Shown here: positions 35,566 to 43,504 of the stretch, one piece after another
How the letters are laid out: each line of letters opens with the position of its first letter
How positions within the stretch are numbered: position 1 is the stretch's first letter
Assembly: GCA_963778115.1 (NCBI GenBank)
Contig: CAVZSV010000004.1
Location: 544,001-608,000, forward strand
Direction: 5' to 3'
From: an uncultured delta proteobacterium
Lineage (GTDB): Bacteria; Bdellovibrionota; FAC87; UBA2466
DNA: 64,000 bases
Made by a program: the position numbers and the translations under genes
Notes under the pieces: generated by a model
Seen by the model: only the letters and a program-made list of their open reading frames with translations
Told to the model about the DNA's origin: nothing
Database searches by the model: none

Positions 35566-35634
35566 CCCTAAGGGAGAGTGACACCTTTCAAAAAAAGTCG
35601 CTTTACCTCCCAATTATCGCTACTGTGCGTCCCG

Positions 35635-35901
35635 ATGGACGAAAAACCTCGAAAGGTTCAAAAATATATCGCACTGCTCCGGGAACGATTCTCCCGCCCT
35701 ATGATAGAATGGAATGAACGTTTTACGATCGCTCAGGCGGAGCGTGCTCTCATAACCGCAGACCTATCTCGAGATAAAAGAAGGCAAGTCATCGGTAAGG
35801 TAGCCGCATCGATCAGTCTGCAAAGCTACCTAGATAGTCTGCATTTTCAGGATCTCACCCGTTGGGACCAACACGAAAACCAAATCCATTTAGCCCACTA
35901 A
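35635..35901 (+). pseudogene. ruvX: C-terminal remnant of RuvX/YqgF resolvase-like nuclease
   Basis: WNERFTIAQAERALITADLSRDKRRQVIGKVAASISLQSYLD matches the YqgF C-half. The N-half is absent. Lies directly upstream of mltG. Confidence 0.75.
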
Positions 35902-36914
35902 AGAGCCAAACCGGCAGCACTTCAACGCGCCTGGCCTCAGTACTGGTTCTGATTCTAATGTTCCTAACGATTGGAGTCGGAGTCCTGCTCTACCACGGCT
36001 CTACCGAAGGGGACATTGACGATGTCATCATTCCTCATGGAGCCACCATAGCCAAAGTTTCCGAGATATTAAAAGAGCAAGGAGTCATCGATTCTCCCAC
36101 CCTTTTTAAACTGCTCCTTAGATTCACCGGAGGAAACAGTCGCGTACGGGCGGGCGAATTTAGTTTCCGTAAAAACATGCGTGTCATCGATGCGATGTGG
36201 GTCATCTATCACGACAACCCTATCGTGCATCAAGTGACCATTCCCGAAGGTTTCAACGTTCGGCAAATCGCAGCCGTGCTTGCCTCGGAAAATTTGGTCA
36301 GCGAAAAACGATTTCTTGATCTAACCATGACCAAGCAGGCGGCCACTAAATATGGGTTGGAAGCCCCGACACTTGAAGGATTTCTGTACCCCGATACGTA
36401 TGCTTTTTCCAAAGTCGACGGCGAGGAAAAAATTATCGATCGCATGGTCCAACACTTCATGGAAGTGTACCGGAAAGATTTAAAGGCAGACGCCGATAGT
36501 CAAAAAGTCTCTCTCCTTACTCTGGTTACCCTAGCCTCCATGATCGAAAAGGAGACTGGTGTAGATGACGAAAGGCCAAAAGTCTCTTCGGTTTTCCATA
36601 ATCGGCTCCGAAAAAAGATGAAATTGCAAAGCGATCCCACGACGATTTATGGACTCGCCAACTACCAGGGTCGTCTTAGGAAGAAAGACCTCTTGGGATA
36701 CACCGCCTACAACACCTATACGATTCCGGCCCTTCCCCCAGGCCCAATCGCTAATCCGGGAGAAGCTTCCCTAAAGGCTGCTCTTCACCCGGCAGTTACC
36801 AAGTATCTGTATTTCGTGTCCAATAACCAGGGGAGCCATGTTTTCTCGGAAACCTACGAACAGCACGCCCGCCACGTAAATAATTACCAAGTTAAAAAGA
36901 GGCCAAAAAAATGA
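35862..36914 (+). CDS. mltG: Endolytic transglycosylase
   Basis: TM anchor, VTIPEG, LEGFLYPDTY, LASMIEKET, LQSDPT, PPGPIANPG and YLYFV. Confidence 0.95.
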   Translation: MGPTRKPNPFSPLKSQTGSTSTRLASVLVLILMFLTIGVGVLLYHGSTEGDIDDVIIPHGATIAKVSEILKEQGVIDSPTLFKLLLRFTGGNSRVRAGEFSFRKNMRVIDAMWVIYHDNPIVHQVTIPEGFNVRQIAAVLASENLVSEKRFLDLTMTKQAATKYGLEAPTLEGFLYPDTYAFSKVDGEEKIIDRMVQHFMEVYRKDLKADADSQKVSLLTLVTLASMIEKETGVDDERPKVSSVFHNRLRKKMKLQSDPTTIYGLANYQGRLRKKDLLGYTAYNTYTIPALPPGPIANPGEASLKAALHPAVTKYLYFVSNNQGSHVFSETYEQHARHVNNYQVKKRPKK

Positions 36915-36949
36915 TATGACCTCTCTCGACCTTTAGAGGGGAATCCATA

Positions 36950-37438
36950 ATGGCCGATCAAAAAGATAAACAAAATGACTCGCTTGCTCTAAGAAAAAAC
37001 GAAGTTCTGATGACGGAGATTGTGCTCCCGTCCCATACCAATGCCCTCCATACTATCTTCGGAGGAGTGGTCATGGGCTGGATAGATATCGCAGGAGCCA
37101 TAGCGGCACAACGCCACTGCAAAGCTCCCGTGGTAACCGTCTCCATCGACTACCTTCACTTTATCGTTCCCATCAAAATAGGGTTCGTGGTGCAAATTCG
37201 GGCCAACGTGACTTATGTGGGAAAGACCTCAATGGAGGTCGAAGTCATCGTTGATGCGGAAAACGCCAGTACCGGTGAGGTAAGGCGCGCTACCCAGGCC
37301 TACCTCACTTATGTCGGGGTCGACGAATTTGGTCGTCCCAAAAAGGCCCCTCCTTACACTCCCAAGACCGCCGAAGAAAAGAAAAAGTACAAAGAGGCGG
37401 AAAAGCGCCGGGCCTTACGGCTTCAGTGGCAGCAGTGA
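36950..37438 (+). CDS. Acyl-CoA thioesterase (hotdog fold, YciA-like)
   Basis: HTN..TIFGG..MGWID and VTYVGKTSMEV. Confidence 0.92.
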   Translation: MADQKDKQNDSLALRKNEVLMTEIVLPSHTNALHTIFGGVVMGWIDIAGAIAAQRHCKAPVVTVSIDYLHFIVPIKIGFVVQIRANVTYVGKTSMEVEVIVDAENASTGEVRRATQAYLTYVGVDEFGRPKKAPPYTPKTAEEKKKYKEAEKRRALRLQWQQ

Positions 37439-37504
37439 AGTAGAAAGAATGAAAGGTGCGCCCTTCGGACGTCATCTGTCCGCGCCTCTCCTAAAAGAGG
37501 CCCC

Positions 37505-38257
37505 TTAAAAATTCGCCACCAACGAAGTCGTATACGTATAATCAAACTTTTGATTGGTCACAAAAACCGGTTTCGCGCGATAGATCCCCTGAAACGCCAT
37601 TTTGAGCGCCAAATTTTTATTTAGCGTAACGTTTATCGACGGTTCGAACTTGTAAATGACGTTAGCGGTGTCGGCTAAGTCAGGCAGCAATTCTATCCAG
37701 AATCTTCCCCAAATACCCTCCTGAATGGCCTTGCTTCCTTCGATATATAGACGAATGATTTGGCTGGAAACGTTCGATGGTGTCGCCCCAGGCACTCTGC
37801 TTTCATAGACATAGCGATAGCCGACCTCGGTGAACAGATAGGAATGTTTGGTGTCATCGGGATACAGATAATATTTTCCACCCACATCGGTATAGAGGCG
37901 CGAATCGTAACCTGAAAACTTGTCACTTTCGACACCTTGCCCGGTAAACCCAGTAAATCTCTCGCTAAGGATTCTTTCATACCTCAGATCGGCATGCCAA
38001 TTTTCAGCGGATTTGACTGAGTTCGAAAGACCTAACAGGTAATGAGCGGTATTTTTGAGCACGTCCTTTTCGGACAGGCCGTAAGAAGTGTTTTCCTTGG
38101 CGTTATAAGATTGCGAGCTACTATTTCCTCCCGCAATCGCAATACCCAATTCACTCGAATTGGAAAGACCCATTTGGCTGGCGGCAAAGATCTTCGTTGA
38201 ATATAGCAACAGCGTTCCCACTACCGTCAGCCCGACTAACAACGTCCCGTTCATCAC
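37505..38257 (-). CDS. DUF481-like outer-membrane beta-barrel protein
   Basis: Signal peptide, ELG....GNS, DKFSGYDSR..GGKY, amphipathic strands and terminal Phe. Confidence 0.7.
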   Translation of the reverse strand: MMNGTLLVGLTVVGTLLLYSTKIFAASQMGLSNSSELGIAIAGGNSSSQSYNAKENTSYGLSEKDVLKNTAHYLLGLSNSVKSAENWHADLRYERILSERFTGFTGQGVESDKFSGYDSRLYTDVGGKYYLYPDDTKHSYLFTEVGYRYVYESRVPGATPSNVSSQIIRLYIEGSKAIQEGIWGRFWIELLPDLADTANVIYKFEPSINVTLNKNLALKMAFQGIYRAKPVFVTNQKFDYTYTTSLVANF

Positions 38258-39157
38258 TCACCTCATTTTTCGCAGCCACAGATTTCCACCGGGGTTACTT
38301 AAGCACAGGGGCATTTGTTGTTCAAAGAACTTTGAATGGTATCGATGTAGGAAAATACTAAATAGCTGAATCTGGTAATGAGAGTTGCCCATCAGAAGGG
38401 CTCTTAAGAGGTAAGCTTCATTCCAGGCTCTCCCCTCTTCGATCCAGGCAGGAGGATACTCAAACGGATAGAAAATATCGTGGATATGGATCAAAACACC
38501 GGGTTTCAATCTAGGAAGGATTTCGAAATATAGATAATTAACATCACTTCCTAGTTTTGAGACATGAGAAGAGTCTATAAAAAGAATATCGTTCTCTTTC
38601 AATTCAGAAAACACCGCAAGATCTACCTCTTGAACCCGTTGGGGAATGATTCGAATCTTCTTTTCATCTTCTGGCTTAAGTAAGGAGAGTAGCAACTTCG
38701 GATAGGGTTCCACGAAAGTGCAGTTCACCTTTCCGTCCAAAAACTTTTCATTCGTGTCCAAAATCACGCAGGAGGAATAGCCGCAGCCAATTTCGATGAT
38801 ACGTTCCGGTCGAAACTCTCTCATCACGCTGTAAAGGAAAATGGCATCCGTATGTCCATAGGCTGGGTTTTGATACCGGTAGCGAAGGCCCGGGGTTCGT
38901 TTTTCCTGAAAAGGCAAATCTCCGTAGAAGCACTTTAGCTTTTCCAAGAGTTGAAGTTGTCCCTTTTCATTAAGGTCAATTTCAAGGGGCGGATCTAATT
39001 TCTCCGAAAAGAGCCGATTCCAATCACGCTTGACCTCTCTAGCATGAGGGACTGGCGAGTAATAATGGCCTGGGGGGGCGAAACGATGGAACCGATCGAA
39101 AGGGGCGCGAAACGCCATCACGAGCCCTCTCGCCCACTGACGAGGTTTTATCTTCAT
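38258..39157 (-). CDS. Class I SAM-dependent methyltransferase (Methyltransf_24-like)
   Basis: PGHYYSP, IIEIGCGYSS, LFIDSSHV, GVLIHIHDIF and WNEAY. Confidence 0.85.
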   Translation of the reverse strand: MKIKPRQWARGLVMAFRAPFDRFHRFAPPGHYYSPVPHAREVKRDWNRLFSEKLDPPLEIDLNEKGQLQLLEKLKCFYGDLPFQEKRTPGLRYRYQNPAYGHTDAIFLYSVMREFRPERIIEIGCGYSSCVILDTNEKFLDGKVNCTFVEPYPKLLLSLLKPEDEKKIRIIPQRVQEVDLAVFSELKENDILFIDSSHVSKLGSDVNYLYFEILPRLKPGVLIHIHDIFYPFEYPPAWIEEGRAWNEAYLLRALLMGNSHYQIQLFSIFLHRYHSKFFEQQMPLCLSNPGGNLWLRKMR

Positions 39158-39172
39158 CGTAATCTCTAAGGT

Positions 39173-39577
39173 CTATTCTTCTTGCGCTAACTTCTTGATG
39201 AACTCAGTGATATGAGCAAGGCTTGCGCCCGGAGTAAAGATCTCTTTTACGCCTAACTTCTTTAAGGCAATAGCATCCTCGTCGGGGATAACTCCACCGC
39301 CTACAACGGGGATATCGGAGGCCTTCTTATCTTTGAGAAGCTTTAGGATGTCAGGAAAGACCCGATTATGGGCGCCCGATAGAATACTGATACAGATAAC
39401 ATCCACATCCTCTTGAACCGCGCTATTTACGATCATCTCGGGAGTCTGGTGAAGGCCTGTGTATATGACCTCCATTCCAGCGTCTCTAAGCGCATGGGCA
39501 ATGACTTTGGCCCCGCGATCATGCCCATCAAGCCCTGGTTTTGCGACTAATACTCGAATCATTGAAGCTTTCCCCAA
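39173..39577 (-). CDS. Stand-alone cobalamin-binding subunit of an acyl-CoA mutase
   Basis: [30 protein letters not shown] and GGVIP..FTPG. Confidence 0.93.
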   Translation of the reverse strand: MGKASMIRVLVAKPGLDGHDRGAKVIAHALRDAGMEVIYTGLHQTPEMIVNSAVQEDVDVICISILSGAHNRVFPDILKLLKDKKASDIPVVGGGVIPDEDAIALKKLGVKEIFTPGASLAHITEFIKKLAQEE

Positions 39578-40173
39578 TTCTTAGGAAAGATACAAACCGC
39601 TTTCTTCTTAGATTTCAAGTAGGACGAAAGAAGTGCCAAGGTAGCGGCTTCATCTTTCTCTTCGGAATCTGGAGAAGCGTATCGGAGAAAGGCTTGGGCG
39701 AATTCGAAATTTTCTTGCACGATCTTTCTAATAAAACTACGCCACGGAAGACTTGGGTATTTGGAAATTCTAGAGTCATGACTTGCCATGAGCCACTCTT
39801 TCACCCACTTCAACTCAATTTTACATTCGAGTTGAAGATCCTTCATCGCTTTCTCGGGAACCAATGGGCTACAAAGTGCCAAAAAATTGTGGACGTACAG
39901 CTGATCCCAGTTTTTTAGATAGATGAAAATTTGAGCTATCTCTTCGAGTGAGACTTGAGGAACAGGTTTTAAAAGAACAATCCCAGGTACGTTGGAAGCT
40001 CGAAGGCCCAGAAGGCTTATCTTTACCTTCTCCCAACTCTCCAACGAAGCTTCGAGATACGCGACTGGTTGGTGCTCCTCTTCGAGACGATCTAGACGCG
40101 CCGTCAAAGCGGGACCCAGAGCAATTTCGTCCAAAAGAATCGGTTCTAGATTATTTTCCGTAGACATACACAC
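39559..40173 (-). CDS. Hypothetical protein
   Basis: 204-aa ORF filling the gap between co-oriented neighbours and overlapping both. No motif recognised. Confidence 0.55.
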   Translation of the reverse strand: MCMSTENNLEPILLDEIALGPALTARLDRLEEEHQPVAYLEASLESWEKVKISLLGLRASNVPGIVLLKPVPQVSLEEIAQIFIYLKNWDQLYVHNFLALCSPLVPEKAMKDLQLECKIELKWVKEWLMASHDSRISKYPSLPWRSFIRKIVQENFEFAQAFLRYASPDSEEKDEAATLALLSSYLKSKKKAVCIFPKNWGKLQ

Positions 40174-41002
40174 CCCGGCCCGATTTTACCCCAAGCCATC
40201 CTGCTTCCACATATTTGCGGAGCAGTGGGGCCGGCCGATATTTGGAATCTCCCAGATCCCGGTGCAAGACTTCACAAACAAAAAGGCACACATCGAGCCC
40301 TACGAAATCGGCAAGCTGCAAGGGTCCCATCGGGAAGTTACACCCAAGCTTCATCGCCTCATCGATATCTTTCGCTGAAGCCAACCCCTCTTGTAGGGCA
40401 AAAAAGGCTTCGGTAATCATCGGCATTAAGATTCGATTCACCGCAAAGCCAGGCGAGTCCTTGGCCTCGATGAAAGTTTTCCCCATCTGCTCGGATACTT
40501 GACGGACGACCTGAAACGTTTCGTCATTAGTCGCCATGCCCCGAATACCTTCGACAAGCTTCATGACCGGCACCGGGTTCATAAAGTGCATCCCCGCCAC
40601 CTTTTCGGGGCGCTTGGTTTTGCTAGCGATTTCGGTGACCGAAATCGACGAAGTGTTCGTCGCAAGAATCGCTTCTTTGGGCAATAGGGAATCTAAATCC
40701 TTAAACAGTTTAAATTTGAGATCTCGATTCTCGGTAGCCGCTTCGATGACGAACTGACAGGAACTTAAGTCTTCAAGCTTTGTGGTGGTTTTGATTTTAC
40801 TCGCGATTTGAGCCGCGGGTGAGGTTAGCTTTCCTTTTTCTTCAAGCTTGGCCAGACTCTTTTTAATGCTCTCCGTGGCCTTTTCCAACTGAGTGCCCGA
40901 GATATCGAAAAGCATCACGGGATAACCCGCCTGGGCCGCCACTTGGGCGATACCGTTTCCCATGCTTCCTGCACCCACGACACCAATTTGAGAGATCTTC
41001 AC
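40151..41002 (-). CDS. hbd: 3-hydroxybutyryl-CoA dehydrogenase
   Basis: GAGSMG, IEAATE, ATNTSS, GMHFMNP, PGFAVNR and PMGPL.LAD..GLD. AAAGGAG RBS before GTG 41002. Confidence 0.92.
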   Translation of the reverse strand: MKISQIGVVGAGSMGNGIAQVAAQAGYPVMLFDISGTQLEKATESIKKSLAKLEEKGKLTSPAAQIASKIKTTTKLEDLSSCQFVIEAATENRDLKFKLFKDLDSLLPKEAILATNTSSISVTEIASKTKRPEKVAGMHFMNPVPVMKLVEGIRGMATNDETFQVVRQVSEQMGKTFIEAKDSPGFAVNRILMPMITEAFFALQEGLASAKDIDEAMKLGCNFPMGPLQLADFVGLDVCLFVCEVLHRDLGDSKYRPAPLLRKYVEAGWLGVKSGRGVYVYGK

Positions 41003-41120
41003 CGGCCACACTCCTTTGCTATGAAGTGCAAAAAATAACAACCGTGAGAGATACCGTCAAATAGAGGGAAAAATTGAATATAACGCGGGGCACAGTGATT
41101 AAAGAACTGAGCCGTGAAGC

Positions 41121-41156
41121 AAAAAAAAACGCGGGAAGAGAGTCTCTTCCCGCGTT
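41121..41156 (-). terminator. Rho-independent terminator
   Basis: Stem AACGCGGGAAGAG-AGT-CTCTTCCCGCGTT followed by a T-run on the minus strand, 20 bp after the stop at 41176. Confidence 0.9.
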
Positions 41157-41175
41157 CTGAAAAATCGTAGTTAAC

Positions 41176-42732
41176 TTAGTGCGGACTTACCGGTCGTCCG
41201 CCCTGTTGGGATTGTTGGGGACCACCGTGATTCTGCATCATCATCATCGCAGCAGCAGGGTTAATACCGCCAGCCGCACCACCCGCACCCGAACCGCTAT
41301 TCATGCTCATGGCGAGTGCCATGGGATCCGGACCCTGCGGCTGATTTTGTTGACCAGCATTGGGGTTCTTTGCGGCGGCAATCGCATCGGCACGAGCTGA
41401 ATCTTCTTTCTGACCCGTAATCGCATTGGCGGCAACGATACAACCATGCTCAGGACCTTGCTTTACGTCGTTAGACGCGGCATTCGCGGAATCAAGGACG
41501 GTTTGCAGACAAGTTAAGATCTGTACTCGTAAGTTTTCAGGATTCTTCGTTTCCGAACTTACGTTTTGCTCACAAGTCTTTGCAGCGGAAGTTACACGCG
41601 TTGCAGCTTGCGATCCGGTATCCGTGCAATTGGCTCCCTGTTTAATATCGTTTGCCAATTTCTCTTCTTGGGCAACCGCTTGACCGTTAACTCCAAGATT
41701 ACCGTAACCAACCAACATGTCTTGGGTCTGTCTACTAAACTTTTTCTTGTTCGTGCGGCAGTTATTAGCATCATAAGCCGAAACCGTTTGAAGATCAGCG
41801 GCCACTCGACCGGCTTGCTGGTCAATCATCTGGACGGCTTCCGCAGAGGTTGCGGCCAATTTGGCATCGTTATTTTTCATGGTCTTAAGTTTGGCCAAAA
41901 TACCGTTCTTGGGTTCCAAGAAAAACGCCCAGGTCTCGACTCGAGCGGCTTGAGCGGCGTCTTTAATTCCAGAAACGTTCTTTTGAATAAACTGAAGCAT
42001 CATTTTGGGATCTTTGCTGGCGGCCAAAAGCTGCTCCATCCCATCTGGAATGAGTTTCTGAACGTCACCACCTACTTTGCCCATGCGATCGGCATAGACC
42101 GCAGCCAAATTCTTATCAAAAGCATCTTCGGCTTTCTTGCGATCGTCTTGGCCATCGGTGCGCATCTTGGTTTGAATTCTCGTCACCAAGTTATCAAAAC
42201 CCGCTAAGTCTTGTTTCAAAGTCGAAACATCGACCGTTTTGCAACCATCGGGAAGTTGATTGGGATCCAATTTCGCCCCAACCTGCTGTGCCACACCACT
42301 GGAATTAGCAACCATCGCATTGGCCGCGTCTTCCGTTTTCTTGGCATCATTCACACGTTTGGCAAGCTGCGTATCCACGTTGCTTTGCGCGTCTTTCTTC
42401 ATCTTATTGTAATTGGCAATTTTTTCTCGGTACTCGTTGAATTGAGCAATCGCTTCTTTCATCCCTCGGACCGAGACCCAGAGATCGAACATTTTCTTTT
42501 CTTCGGGAGACATCTGCTGAGTGTTTGGAGCGCCGTTACTGGCGGCATATCCCGCTTGGATATCTCCTTGCACTCGGGCGAGTTGCGTAGGGAAGTTGTT
42601 TAGAGCATTTTGGGAAGGATCTCCGTTGATTTCCTTTAGGATAGATTCTCCGTGATTTACCGACGGCAGCAGCAGTAGTACTGCTACCGCTACTTTCGAG
42701 AACTCTATCCGAACTAAGTTTCTGTTCTTCAT
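41176..42732 (-). CDS. Secreted helical/coiled-coil hypothetical protein with Q/G/M-rich tail
   Basis: Signal-like N-terminus from ATG 42732 (GGAG RBS), A/K/Q/D-rich helices, scattered Cys and its own terminator. Confidence 0.7.
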   Translation of the reverse strand: MKNRNLVRIEFSKVAVAVLLLLPSVNHGESILKEINGDPSQNALNNFPTQLARVQGDIQAGYAASNGAPNTQQMSPEEKKMFDLWVSVRGMKEAIAQFNEYREKIANYNKMKKDAQSNVDTQLAKRVNDAKKTEDAANAMVANSSGVAQQVGAKLDPNQLPDGCKTVDVSTLKQDLAGFDNLVTRIQTKMRTDGQDDRKKAEDAFDKNLAAVYADRMGKVGGDVQKLIPDGMEQLLAASKDPKMMLQFIQKNVSGIKDAAQAARVETWAFFLEPKNGILAKLKTMKNNDAKLAATSAEAVQMIDQQAGRVAADLQTVSAYDANNCRTNKKKFSRQTQDMLVGYGNLGVNGQAVAQEEKLANDIKQGANCTDTGSQAATRVTSAAKTCEQNVSSETKNPENLRVQILTCLQTVLDSANAASNDVKQGPEHGCIVAANAITGQKEDSARADAIAAAKNPNAGQQNQPQGPDPMALAMSMNSGSGAGGAAGGINPAAAMMMMQNHGGPQQSQQGGRPVSPH

Positions 42733-43092
42733 CTTCAACTCCGCATCAACAAACGCCACATCTGCACTAAACTGAATAAAGGTCTCCGTCCCTTGCATTC
42801 AAGGGAGTAGAAACCGACAACTCCACCCAAAGGCAGAGATGCTCCGGAAGCTTTGGATTGCAAAGGCTACGCCAATGAAACAGCAAAGCGAATTGAAGCT
42901 AAATGGCGAGAGCAGAAAAAGGGAGGGTGCCGAAAAGCGCTGAAGGGTACCGAGCAAGCCCCTATGATTTCAAGGAGTTCAAAAATGCATCAACTCTTAG
43001 TACATCGACCAGTTCATAGACATTGTTTCTATTCTTTAAGAATACGTAAGGAGAGAAGAACCAAGACTCAAAAACAGTAATGCCCCAAGAAG

Positions 43093-43169
43093 CTGACAGA
43101 GAGGCCCAGAAGCGGCATCCCGCTTCGCCTTCGGCTACGCGGGACAAGTCCCCCTCTAAGATCTGTCAG
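43093..43169. repeat. Nested palindromic REP-like element
   Basis: CTGACAGA/TCTGTCAG, AGAGG/CCTCT and TCCCGC/GCGGGA around GCC-TTC-GGC. Confidence 0.55.
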
Positions 43170-43245
43170 TGTCCTTCACTAATGCATTGCGTTACTTGAG
43201 AAAATCACAGCGCCTTGCCAACCCTAATTTAATTGGCTATACCTC

Positions 43246-43415
43246 CTTGCAATGAGTCAACTAGATGGTACGTCGCGATAGGGTTTTCCCTCTCGGAGAG
43301 CTATCATTAGTAGGTAAGAAGTAAGTAAGAATTGATTGAGTTTTTCCTAGTTGACCTAAAAGCTTTGCAAGAAAAAAAGCCCAATTTCGAAGACTTCTTC
43401 GGGTTGGGCTTTTTT
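43246..43415 (+). ncRNA. Candidate small RNA of unknown family
   Basis: Upstream TTGCCA-N17-TATACC (43215-43243), long-range stems CTTGCAA/TTGCAAG and GTCAACTAG/CTAGTTGAC, and a terminator at the end. No long ORF in the track. Confidence 0.35.
43372..43415. terminator. Bidirectional intrinsic terminator
   Basis: AAAAAAAGCCCAATTTCGAAGA...TCTTCGGGTTGGGCTTTTTT. Confidence 0.8.
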
Positions 43416-43504
43416 GTCACTTCGCATTAAGCACCTCTTCGTCTTTTCGATAATCGGACTTCGTAAATTTGCTTATTCTTCCGATACGATAGACGAGGAA
43501 ATCC

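Larger units (their letters stand above)
34008..35587. repeat. Palindromic REP/MITE-like element of about 90 bp, split by the IS
   Basis: Perfect 15-bp inverted repeat AAGGTGTCACTCTCC (34008-34022) / GGAGAGTGACACCTT (35573-35587). Internal hairpin ACGGGTCAT/ATGACCCGT at 34040-34065. Confidence 0.7.

Noticed and set aside
41179..42603. Long antisense ORFs opposite the secreted helical protein and other genes
   Set aside because: No motifs or RBS recognised; explained by codon bias on the coding strand.
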